Source: Amphiscolops sp. MND2022 (taxonomy: Eukaryota). From it: a stretch of DNA of 64,000 bases. The notes under the pieces were generated by a model. The model searched no databases, had not been told where the DNA came from, and worked only from the letters and a program-made list of their open reading frames with translations. Shown here one piece after another: positions 1 through 10,095 of this stretch (position 1 is the first letter of the stretch; every line of letters starts with the position of its first letter). A program made the translations under genes and the position numbers. The stretch covers positions 4,218,001 through 4,282,000 of the forward strand of contig OZ076409.1 of assembly GCA_964187785.1 (NCBI GenBank). Reading direction: 5' to 3'.

Positions 1-2889
1 CGCTCACGCTAGAAACGTAGGACTGGCCTCAAAATTTGACAAACAATCCCACGTATGATGAGAACCACGAGAATAATCGCTTCTTTGGGCTGTGGTGACT
101 AGGTGAAATTTTAACACAGTACGGACGTTCCGTATTACTGTGTTCCAAGATGGACTGTATCTCACGTGTCAACCAAGATCCCGGTCCACAATGAGTAATT
201 CTCAAGCTCGTTTTTCCGGCAAACATACAATAAAAAAGCATGGTTACAATGGTCAGTAGCAATTTGGCCCCACCCTTTTACTAAGGTGTTCATTGCGACT
301 TCAAAAAACATCACCATTTTGTGCACCTTTTTGTGCAGTCTGTTTTCGTCAATTTCTCATTGAGTATTGGTATTCATTGCCGGCAAGTACCCACAATGCT
401 TGTGGAACGGTCAAAAAGAAGCACAGATGCTTTGTTGAGGTTCCGACCAGGTACAGATACTGTGTTTTTTGACACTGTGTTTTTTGACACTTTTGTTCAC
501 AAATCGGCGAGGAGGGTCACTCCAAGGAACGTTACGGCATGCAAAATAGAGCTAATGCGTTGCTCCATTGACCGTAACAGTAACAGTATCCCACAATTAT
601 GTTAGGTATAAGGCGCTGTCGGTCCTGTAGTTCTGGAAATTTCGGCAGTTTTCACTATTTTTAATTTCAAAACCTCAGAGAGCTTTTCTCAATTTTGGTT
701 AGCGCTAGGCTCACCAAAAGTTCATCACTAGCATTTATTTTGGTGGTGGCAACGCGAATGCATCAAATTTTTTGCTAGGATTCGGGAATCAATGACCCGA
801 TCCTAACAATTAGGAGTCCGGTTCTGTGGAGATTTGATCAAATTCAATGCATTTTTCCACTTTTCTCAGCACTGAAAAAAAATTTTCACATCACTCTGAA
901 ACTGGCCAAAACTCAGGGGTCTTCCCAGTCCTGTTTTTGGTACTATGGATTGCGCCCCAAACTAATAGCAGCATGGAAGAGGCTATTACATCAGCATTTC
1001 AAGGTAGTTTTTTGCCAAATTTTCCAACAACCGGGTTTTTTGTTTTTTCATACAAAATGCCTCCAAAAAAGGACTCCAACGGCTGTGACTGATACATCGA
1101 GCACTTGCGCTCGTACAAAGAAAAACCCAAAAAACTGCCCAAAATGACGTTCATCCTACTTTTGCACTCAAAAGTGCACTTTTTTCCCTGGAAACAGGTG
1201 CAAAAGCACACAATGATTTGCGACTTGTAAAAACTAGCATGAACAAACAATTTCCCATCAAAACGTACGAAATCGAAAAGTTTTTTTATCATACTCGAAA
1301 AAATCGATACTTCTGGAATGAGGGGTGGTACCATCTCCGTCTTTTTCCTCAAGACCCTGACCAGCAAGAGAGAAACGGCTTTCGATCGTCTGCAAAGTCA
1401 GTGTTTGCTCTAGCTGTCCACGAAAAACGATGCTTCTAGCACGTCTCTACGGGAAATGGGACAGGGGAGTCGGGAACACTCGTTTCTGCTCTTCTCTTGG
1501 TCGGATGGAATATGGCGCATCCATCAACTGAATACCTCGTACGACAGGCGTAACGGCTCCTTAGCGATTCGCTAAGCCATTACACAGGTACCCGCTGATG
1601 GGAACAGGCAATTTTAGACGATACCTGTCAATAAATACCATTTACGAGAACATACCACAGGTACTCCCGAAAAACCATCGAAATACAGGCGAAACACCAG
1701 CAAATAATATCAGACTGAATAAAAAACATGGAAAACTCTGGATAAACGTCTCCTTCCAAAACCAAATCGTTCTTGGCGTCCAATACCAGGGGATCGAAAA
1801 CAGTAATCGGAAGCTATCCCTCTGTGGACCGCCAAAAATTGATGTCTCATGTAACAGCAAGCTGTTGTCGGTCGCTGAACACCCTAACAGAGGTGGGAGA
1901 ACCTGAAGAAATGGGTTAATCGCTCGGGACGGGCACCCATCGCCACAGATCTATTTTGAATCCCGGGGTGAATTACATCTCGAGGCCGTGGGCTGGGTGT
2001 TTCGACGAATACTGTCCAAGCCTTCCTAGTCTTTGATTGCTAAAAGCAACTTCCTGACTGTCTAAAGACAACCGCTTAACTAGCACATAAAAACAACGCC
2101 AAGAATAAGGTAAAGTTCCAATTCCAGGGTGACATTAGAATAAGTTTTAAAATGTGAATGAGGTCTAAAACTGCCAAAACTAGCACTCAAGCTAGCTAAA
2201 ACCAGTGAAAAAAAATCAGAACAGGCAAGCATATGGCAAACCACACAGCTAAAAGCTAGGGCGCAGGAACTCCGAGCACCAAACAAGGATAATTAAGCAA
2301 CAAGATTCATTTGCTGGTTTCCGCTACTTAAGGTAGCATAATGCTAAATTCAAAAACAACCAGCCTTAGCACCAGAAAAAAGAGTCTTTTCAAGAGTTTT
2401 TCTAAGCCCTCAAGCTGTCTGGTTCGCTCGGTCTTGCTCGTTCTTCGTTTTTCATTGGAAATGGCGAAAACAGTGAAAAGAGCAATCACGTGCTCAGTGC
2501 CACGTCACAGCGAATTATAATTTTGACAAAATTTCTGAACATGTCAAAGGGTCCAGTTACAATGCAATTCTTAGCTTGAGACAGATTAAAGAAGCAGAGT
2601 TGCGTTCAAATTATATTTTGAAATGGAGTGAGGTTTCAAGATGTATAAGGATGTGAACAATGTTAACTTTATTTATACATTGTATTCTCGGAATTTCGGG
2701 TTTGGAACATTCGAAATGCTAGATATCTTTAACAGGTATGTTCCGTACAGGTTTTGAAAAAGCGTTGACGGATTTGAAAGTAATTGAAAAGTGGAGAAGC
2801 AACGTAAGAGAAATGAGCATGACATGAAAGGATCAGAGAAAAAGTATTGGCCGCCTAATTGACAAACACGAAGCTTTGTGTAACGAAGG

Positions 2890-3592
2890 TTTTTAGTTCT
2901 CAGTTCAACATGAGAATTAATCTTTTGCGTCCTCTTGTACACACTAAAAAAAGACGATTTGGAAGAAGAGCTTCAGCGGCAAGAAGGCGGCGTTAGAAAA
3001 TTCAAGCGGTTCAAAAAAATTCAGATACCAGTCAACATTTGTTCAGAAATCGATCACATGTGAGAGGTGAAAAGACTTGAAAAAAAATTTCCTTCGACGA
3101 AAAACTTCATATGAAAGGAAGTCACTGTCAGAGATGAATAAGAATTTCTATGTGAACTAATAGGAATGAAATTGAAGACGAAGAGTCTTTTAGAATCGAA
3201 GTTTTTAAGGAGTAGAATTGGAAAAAAATTGAACGGTAGGGAAAACAAGGAGTGTTTGTTGAAAAAGTAAATTAAAAGTAAGAGTTTTTAAAAATATTGT
3301 GAAAGGCTCCCAAAGGAAGCAAGTTAAAGTTTAGTCAAGTAAAAGTGTAGGAGGTAGATTAAAATAATTAAAAGTGAGTTATAGCTTTTAAAATTGGAGT
3401 TGAGCGAGCACAAAGTTCGGGAAAACTTACAATGCTAGAGCAAATTTTTTATATTTCCTTCAAAATTAACGGTGGGAAACAAAAACATTTCATACAATTA
3501 AGTATGGAATCAAAAGGGGTTGGGGAGAGGAAAAATGAAAGGGTGGGGAAAAATAGAATTGTAGTAAAAAGTTTACAACAATTAAAATAAAA
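2890..3592. repeat. Diverged direct repeat, copy 1 (copy 2 at ~5334-5997); probably a decayed retroelement fragment
   Basis: Colinear shared blocks, e.g. tcttgtacacactaaaa, aaatcgatcacatgtgag, gaatgaaattgaagacgaagagtcttttagaatcg, agtttacaacaattaaaataaaag. No TG..CA termini seen. Boundaries approximate. Confidence 0.75.
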
Positions 3593-4028
3593 GTTTGTTT
3601 CTGTATATATCAGAAAAATTCTCAATCAACATCTTGGAGGGACTTCATCAACGGAGGAAGGTCATCAAGAAAATTGCGGGGGGTTGCGTGTAAGTCCTTC
3701 AATTTTGATGGCTATTAGCGCCGAGGTTGAGGGATGGAGGAAGAGGATGCAGATGAACAAAAAGCATGTGGCAAATGTGAACGTCGCAGGTGTAGGCTAT
3801 CATTGTAGTCAAATACGACAAATATTAGTGGGAATTTGTATGTTAAGAGGCAAAAATTGAATGGTCGCGTATGAGGGGATGTGTAATAAGTGAGTTTTGA
3901 GAGGGGTTTTGAAATATTAACAATAGTGTCAACAACTGCAGTAATTAAATTAGGTTCAGTGGCTTGCTCAAAAAGGACTTGGTCTATATATTGTCCATAA
4001 AGTTTTAGAAAACTGCCTGAAATGAAGA

Positions 4029-5330
4029 TTAAAACTGCCCAAAAATACTCGTACACATGTAAGGGAAGATAAAACGAACAACACTCACAGTTAGTCTCGC
4101 TTGCCCCCACTCGAAATCACTCAGAGTAGCCTGGTAATCTGTGAATGAGCTGAGCCGGGCCCAAAAGTTGTGGAGAAGGGAGACATCGCCTTGATTTTTG
4201 AGGAAGCCTCGTGTGATACACAACTGTGTTCTAGCTCGGGACTCTGCAGTAACGACGGCAGTAGTGTGGCCTTCCATGAAATGCTCGTAGAACGGGAATC
4301 TCTCTCCGATGTCTATGAGTTCTGTGTGTATGAACTTTGGCAGTTCTTCAGCAAGCTTCATCCTTGTATGATTTTTCAATCTCGTACCCTGACCCGGTGT
4401 TGCACTTTGTCAGTGACGGGGTCGACTGATTTGAGGTGCTCATATCTCCATCTCTGGTCCCGCTTCGGATGTTTTTCAGTACGATGGTGCCTCCGAATTT
4501 TCACTGTCGCCTTGGTCTTGATGGAGAAATTACGTTTACAAATGTGGCAAAGGACAATGAGGGGTTTGTGAATTGGATCAGCAGGCGCTGAAATAAAAGA
4601 CTTAGTCCAACCGATCTTCTTGAAAAGTTCTTCCCTCATGGGAACTCCACGCTGTATTGCCCTCTTCGTCCTCACGGTCTTCTTGGACTTGGGTTCACCA
4701 GTTACCCTCTCTACTTGGGTCTGTTTTTTTTCATTTCAAAGAGGGTGGCGTCTTGACTAGTAAAACCAGAAGATTCAATCCCTTCAGAAGCCATTTTGGG
4801 GGCGTTTTGCACACTTGCTGAGACGGTTGCTCCCTTGGCCGATGACCTCCTGAAGTACTCTGAGGTCACTGCCATTTCAGTGGTACCATCGCTCTTTTCG
4901 CAAATGGTCAGATTTCGGGTCTCCTCCTCCACGTTTATGTGCCCAAGTCCTGCATCATTCACGCTTGAATCAAGGCTGGAATCACTGTCTTCCATTCTTC
5001 CTGGAGTTTGAGCTCATGTCCGTTTTCTGAAATGCTTCGTTCTCGATTTAGCAGTGGTAGGAGTCCCTTTCAATGCTTCCAGGATCATGCGCTCTCTTTC
5101 GGAGTACGTCAGGCTCACGGTTTCATTTGTCAGTGTTTTCAGAATGTTGGTTGTATACTTGGACCTCCGTGGAAACTACTGTTGGATGCCCCATGGGAGT
5201 CAGAATGACCGTGTGGCTTCGAAATACCACTTTAGGAGGGCTCGACTGCACCTTGGAAGTTCGTGTAATTTGACCCACTGGGCCTGGGTATTCGTGGTTG
5301 CTTGCTCAACATGTCCCTCTGACAAACATC
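4029..5330 (-). pseudogene. Degenerate relic of the first long exon of the hAT-derived accessory gene (paralogue of 10096-12036)
   Basis: ORF fragments 4376-4675 (QRGVPMREELFKKIGWTKSFISAPADP..LCHICKRNFSIK..RHHRTEKH) and 4029-4379 (LPKFIHTELIDIGERFPFY..TDYQATLSDFEWG) align with the 660-aa ORF. 5060-5260 translates to SRALLKWYF/HPTV/LTNETV..ERMILEALKG, matching SRAILKTYF/HPTV/LTDETL..EQMILDAVRG. Frameshifts and stops present. Confidence 0.88.
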
Positions 5331-5333
5331 ATA

Positions 5334-5997
5334 GTTTTTAGTTCAACTTCAGCAATAATCTTATGCGTCGTCTTGTACACACTAAAAGAAATATGATGAC
5401 GTCAAGAAGGCGGCGATAGAAAAGTCAAAGCAGTTCAAAAAACAATTCAGATATTAGTCAACATTTCTTCAAAAATCGATCACATGTGAGGGATGAAAAG
5501 AGTTGAAAAAAAATCCTTCGACGAAAAACTTCATATGATTTAAAGTCATTGTCAGAGATGAGTATGCTTTTCTATGTGAACTAATGGGAATGAAATTGAA
5601 GACGAAGAGTCTTTTAGAATCGGGTTGAGGAGTAGAATTGAAAAAAGTTTGAACGGTAGGGAAAACAAGGAGTGTTTGTTAAACAAGTAAATCAAAAGTA
5701 GGAGTTTTTAAAAGTATTGTGAAAAGCTCCCAAAGGGGGCAAGTTAAAGTTGTAGGAGGTAGATTAAAATATTTAAAAGTGAGTTTTAGCGTTTAAAATT
5801 GGAATTAGGCGAGCTCCAAGTTCGGGGAAACTTACATTGTTAGAGTATTTTTTTAATTTTACTTCGAAATTAACGGTAGGAAACAAAATCTTTTCATACA
5901 ATTAAGTGTGAAAACAAAAGGGGTTGGGGATAGGAAAAATGAACGGGTGGGGAAAAATTAGACTAGTAGAAAATAGTTTACAACAATTAAAATAAAA
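5334..5997. repeat. Diverged direct repeat, copy 2 (see 2890-3592)
   Basis: Colinear similarity to 2890-3592. Confidence 0.75.
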
Positions 5998-6437
5998 GAA
6001 TAACAACAATTAAAAACAATTCGGAATGCAGAGCTCTTGGAACATTTTGCATTGAACTGTATAATTTCAAAAGTTGGGTTTGAGAAGGTTTGAGAACCAA
6101 AATGTTTGGCTCTGTGTTGAAACATTTGCAACTATTGTGTTTGCTGCAGTTTATAATTTACATGTAAAAAGAGTTTGTAATCTTTTTATTCTCAACTAAC
6201 AGCCCTAATAATACTGATGACTAATAAACCGAGTACTGAAGTTCTTCGAAACCTATCTATAGTGGCTATTTTTGAACTAATCGGAGTGTCATGTAAAAAC
6301 TCATGTGATTTTTTTTAAAATGATAACTCATGAATTATAACTTGCAAATGTAATTTACTTTTTCTTGTGATTTTTCAATTTTATCAGTGATCCAATTCCC
6401 TAATCAAAATCTTCAGACGGTTTTTCCAGATGCGAGA

Positions 6438-7043
6438 TTAAGCTTCATGAACAGAATTGTCATGAACGTTTAGTTCAGGGTAATCATCGTTTAATTGATT
6501 CTCATACTGTCCGTTTCTTAAGCTACTCTTTGCGTTAAGATCTCGCTGAACTTCGGAATTTAGTTCCGGTCTCTCGGACGGAATGTCCCATCCCTTTCTG
6601 GTCCTGTGTCCTGATCTGGCCATGATAACATTTTGGATTTGAGGAAGTACTTGGGTACTTATCGCATCGTTTATGGCTCTCTGTATTTGGACGCTCACCG
6701 AATTCATCATTTCGTCCATTTCCCGTGAAATACGAGAGTTCAATTCGCTAGACAATCTGTTTATTTCAGCGCTAGAATCACCTGTGATAGAATTGCGATC
6801 ACATTCGGCATTCATCCTAGAGTCAATATTTCTCCTGGGTCTACCTCCGTTTCCGTCTTCAATATCAGACTCATTACTTGCAAAGCTCCTAGATCTCCTA
6901 GGTAAATTACTATTCAAGCTACCTTCTCTTTCTTGTGCACCAAAATGGTTTTCGCCTAACATGATATCCAGATTTTCAATATCGGATAACATCTCAAGTC
7001 CTCTAGACTTTCTCGCTTTCTTTTGCTTTCTAGTGGTGGGCAT
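6438..7043 (-). CDS. Truncated Gag N-terminus encoded in the 3' LTR, reading out 6 codons into flanking DNA
   Basis: 201-aa ORF nearly identical to aa 1-195 of the gag at 20165-21553; divergence begins exactly at the LTR end. Confidence 0.85.
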   Translation of the reverse strand: MPTTRKQKKARKSRGLEMLSDIENLDIMLGENHFGAQEREGSLNSNLPRRSRSFASNESDIEDGNGGRPRRNIDSRMNAECDRNSITGDSSAEINRLSSELNSRISREMDEMMNSVSVQIQRAINDAISTQVLPQIQNVIMARSGHRTRKGWDIPSERPELNSEVQRDLNAKSSLRNGQYENQLNDDYPELNVHDNSVHEA

Positions 7044-8353
7044 TGAAACAACTCCGAATCAACAATAAATTAATCAATACGGAAATAACAGCGTAGCCGT
7101 TTGGAAATCAATCTTTTCTAGAGTCGTATAGTATGAATTGTGTCCCGCTCAGGCTAAACACCGGTATTTATACCCCTGAGCGGGTGACACTCACATATTT
7201 TACATGTTTTCATCCAAGATTGACATCGTAAGGTATGTAATGCACTTGATTTTTACATATCTCTGGTATTTAACAGGTATGGTTTTGAAAGGTATTTGCA
7301 CCATAAGAATTTCCGTTTACATATTTCCTATATCATCGGAAAGCATCAATCACATATTTCTGTGAAATCCTGATTGGGAGAATTCCTGACATATTTGTCT
7401 CCCAAAATATAACATCAAACAATCAACATAATGCTAAATATCCTTAACGGTACTTCAAACAACATATCTATTCTACATATTATTATTGCAATGTCAACAA
7501 ATGTTAATCTCGTTGTTGGAATGCGAGGCTCGTGGCACTGGTATGCAGTGTTAACACGTGCCACCACGTGGCTATAGGTAAACGTAGGGGGAAGCAATTT
7601 CAAATAATACATGTCAAATCTATTTAAATATCACTACATTTCCCAAAAGGGCCGAAATTGGCCAAATCCTGATTAATTGCACAATACTAGGGGGAGAAAG
7701 GGTAAAAGACCTTATTCGGCCTTTGATCAGCATTTAGTTCATTTGGTCCCTTGAAGGGTACGTTGGTATTATTTCAATATTAAAACACCTCTAGAATAAT
7801 CCCCAACCAATATGGTTAATTATAGGGTACAGGTAATAAAGCATCATCCATTACGTTAAGACGGCCTAAGCCGGCCATTTGACCAAAGTACAAAACAATC
7901 CGTGGACATTAAGTTAATTGGCCATAATCGGCCGCTACCAAATCAAAGCCATATTTCACTCGTGAATTGAAGCGCTGTGATTGGTTGGAGGAATGAGCTC
8001 AAGTGACGTTTTTGGATTATTGCTGAGCGTCACTTGAACTCGTTTCCTTTACGTTGTACAGCTATATTGCTACGTATTACTTTCATAATCGCAAAGCACC
8101 TTTCAACTTTTGAACCACAATTACACTGTTTGGGTCTTCAAATGTAATTTTAACAGACTATTTTTTTATATGCAAATATATTAAGACTAGCAACATTAAC
8201 AAACGTACTATGTATTGTATAATCAAAATGGCAAAAAGTTTTTAAATTCCGTGTTTTAACCTGATCAATAGATGGGTAGTGTTCCGGGCACAAACTCTTG
8301 CCCGTTTGCCGATGTAGTCACTGTCGTACCGTCACAGGCGGCAGCCTGCGACA
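6458..8353 (-). repeat. 3' LTR of element 1 (1896 bp)
   Basis: About 98% identical by eye (~35 substitutions, one ~16-bp indel) to 20968-22878. TG...CA ends. Contains a copy of the first ~195 gag codons. Confidence 0.95.
7141..7189 (-). promoter_or_regulatory. Putative LTR core promoter: TATAAATA (7172-7165) inside an inverted repeat (5' LTR copy at 21651-21699)
   Basis: CCCGCTCAGG...CCTGAGCGGG perfect 10-bp arms flank the TATA box, ~125 nt upstream of the gag ATG; an Inr-like TTCATAC lies ~30 nt downstream of the TATA box. Confidence 0.55.
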
Positions 8354-9047
8354 CTGCGGGTGTGATGAAAAGAAAACAGCCAGCATTAAGTCCGTTTTCA
8401 TATGCTTCCTTTCTGAGTCTCGTGATGTATTCGGGTTCGTCTCTTGGTGTAGAACGCTGCATACACCATTTTACCTTTTCGTCTTTGATCGAGTCCACCG
8501 ACCGACCGCAAACCATGCATCCGGTATAAAGTACTTCGCTGACATTCTGGTAGGGTACTGAATTTTGTACATGGTATGACGCATGAAAGTTGCTCGGAGC
8601 TGGCCGGAGAAGGGGGGTGTCCACACTTGGACCCCTTTCGTGCTCTGGCGGGGACATAGGTGATTCCAAGACGGGCATTATTGTGTTACAGAGATCTATG
8701 CGCTTCTTCTCGAATTTCCTTGGCGGGGCATAGCACATTTCCCTATCAAAGTATTTAAGGCCCAGTTTCGGTGTCACCCCTTCTTCCATTTGAGATGTAC
8801 TTGGTCCAGCTCTCATTTCGTATTCGGGTTCATCCATAGTCATTACTCTGCTTCCGATTAACATTGGGCTAGACGTAACTTCTTTTTCAATCCGGACTAT
8901 CAGTTGCTCGGTGTCTGTCGAACAATCGGTTTCCCAGTCCGAGGACTCATCTTCACTACTGGATATGTAGATTACTGATTTACCGGAGTTATCAGAATCG
9001 TATTCTTCGAAGTCAAATAACTTCCTTGCGAGGTTATATTTACTCAT
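8265..9047 (-). CDS. Accessory ORF (260 aa) of element 1, sense strand, overlapping the 3' LTR
   Basis: Intact ATG ORF with acidic N-terminus, RKLF, VIYISSSEDE, PPRKFEKKR and CMVC motifs. The last ~29 codons lie inside the LTR. No family recognised. Confidence 0.8.
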   Translation of the reverse strand: MSKYNLARKLFDFEEYDSDNSGKSVIYISSSEDESSDWETDCSTDTEQLIVRIEKEVTSSPMLIGSRVMTMDEPEYEMRAGPSTSQMEEGVTPKLGLKYFDREMCYAPPRKFEKKRIDLCNTIMPVLESPMSPPEHERGPSVDTPLLRPAPSNFHASYHVQNSVPYQNVSEVLYTGCMVCGRSVDSIKDEKVKWCMQRSTPRDEPEYITRLRKEAYENGLNAGCFLFITPAVSQAAACDGTTVTTSANGQEFVPGTLPIY

Positions 9048-9929
9048 GATGGCTTTTTTCGCTATTTTGAAGCTTGTAGATGCAACTGTATCGTGATGAA
9101 GTTTTAGGGTAGAATGAATTTATCAAATCCGAGAGTTTAGCCGAGTAAGGTGTTTTCCCGAAGTTTCCAATTTGGCGGTTAGACCTCCGGTTAATCGTCC
9201 TGATCCGTCATAAACTTTTCAGAAAGGAATTCCATTATTAGTCGGCTCCCTTTGATGGCCTGATGTTTACCCTCCATCAGAGTCAACACTAGAAGAGGTG
9301 TGAATGACGCTCGACTTATGAATATCAACTACACCCGTCTCAAGTGGGTAATTAACGGGTCGCTTGTAAGCAATTAGCGGCACGCGTCACCAAAATTTCT
9401 CGCAATGGCTCCATCCAATCAGCGTTAAGCTTCGATAAATTGTAAAATTAAATAATAAAAATGGCGAAAATAATAAATCTAAATAATTCAAGATGGCGAA
9501 AATTCTAACTAAGGGTAACTGGACGAAACGGCAAAACAAGACAGGGCAAACGGCCATTACTGGCCTCTAACTAAATAAGCTGTAAACAACAAAGTTTTTT
9601 GTACACTTCGCTGGCAGACTCCATGTACAGAATAAATATGTAGATAATCCATAATATTAGTCTGGTAAGAATCTTCAGCCACGAACTCCAATCTTTCAAT
9701 TTTATTTCAATTCCATATTACTCCAATTCCATTTTTTTCCTGATCCCTCCGTATCCAATTCCTTATTTATTGAGTCTTCGTACGCACTTCCGGGCCTTCA
9801 ACTGCGCTGGTAGATCCCTCTTCCAGGCTTCGTCCGAAACTACCCATTTCCTCCGCCAATCTCGATCTTGTGTCTTGGCTATTCCACCCAGATTGGGACT
9901 GACTCCAAAAGGCAATTTCCTACAGCAGG
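9048..9929. promoter_or_regulatory. Putative internal bidirectional promoter region between the divergent accessory genes
   Basis: Non-coding interval between head-to-head ORFs; CCAAT (~9416) and two AA(A/G)ATGGCG YY1-like motifs (~9460, ~9490). Confidence 0.4.
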
Positions 9930-10095
9930 ATGTCTTCTAATCCAGGTTGGTTTCAGATTTATTTTGAACTAAGGTTTCAACTTGATCAGAGTTAAATCCT
10001 GTTCACTGATTGCTTCCTATTTCCAAAGTCAAACACGTGACAACACGTTTCATTCAATTTCACAAGTACTTCCGGAAGATTTCTAATGCGGTAAA

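Noticed and set aside
1..2670. Short ORFs at the window start (and similarly at 62000-64000)
   Set aside because: No recognisable domains, termini or splice pattern; probably unclassified decayed repeats.
6458..8353. Second truncated element or tandem copy, suggested by the duplicated gag start
   Set aside because: TG..CA ends, the perfect AGAAT TSD and a PBS right after 20968 show the whole 1.9-kb repeat is the LTR.
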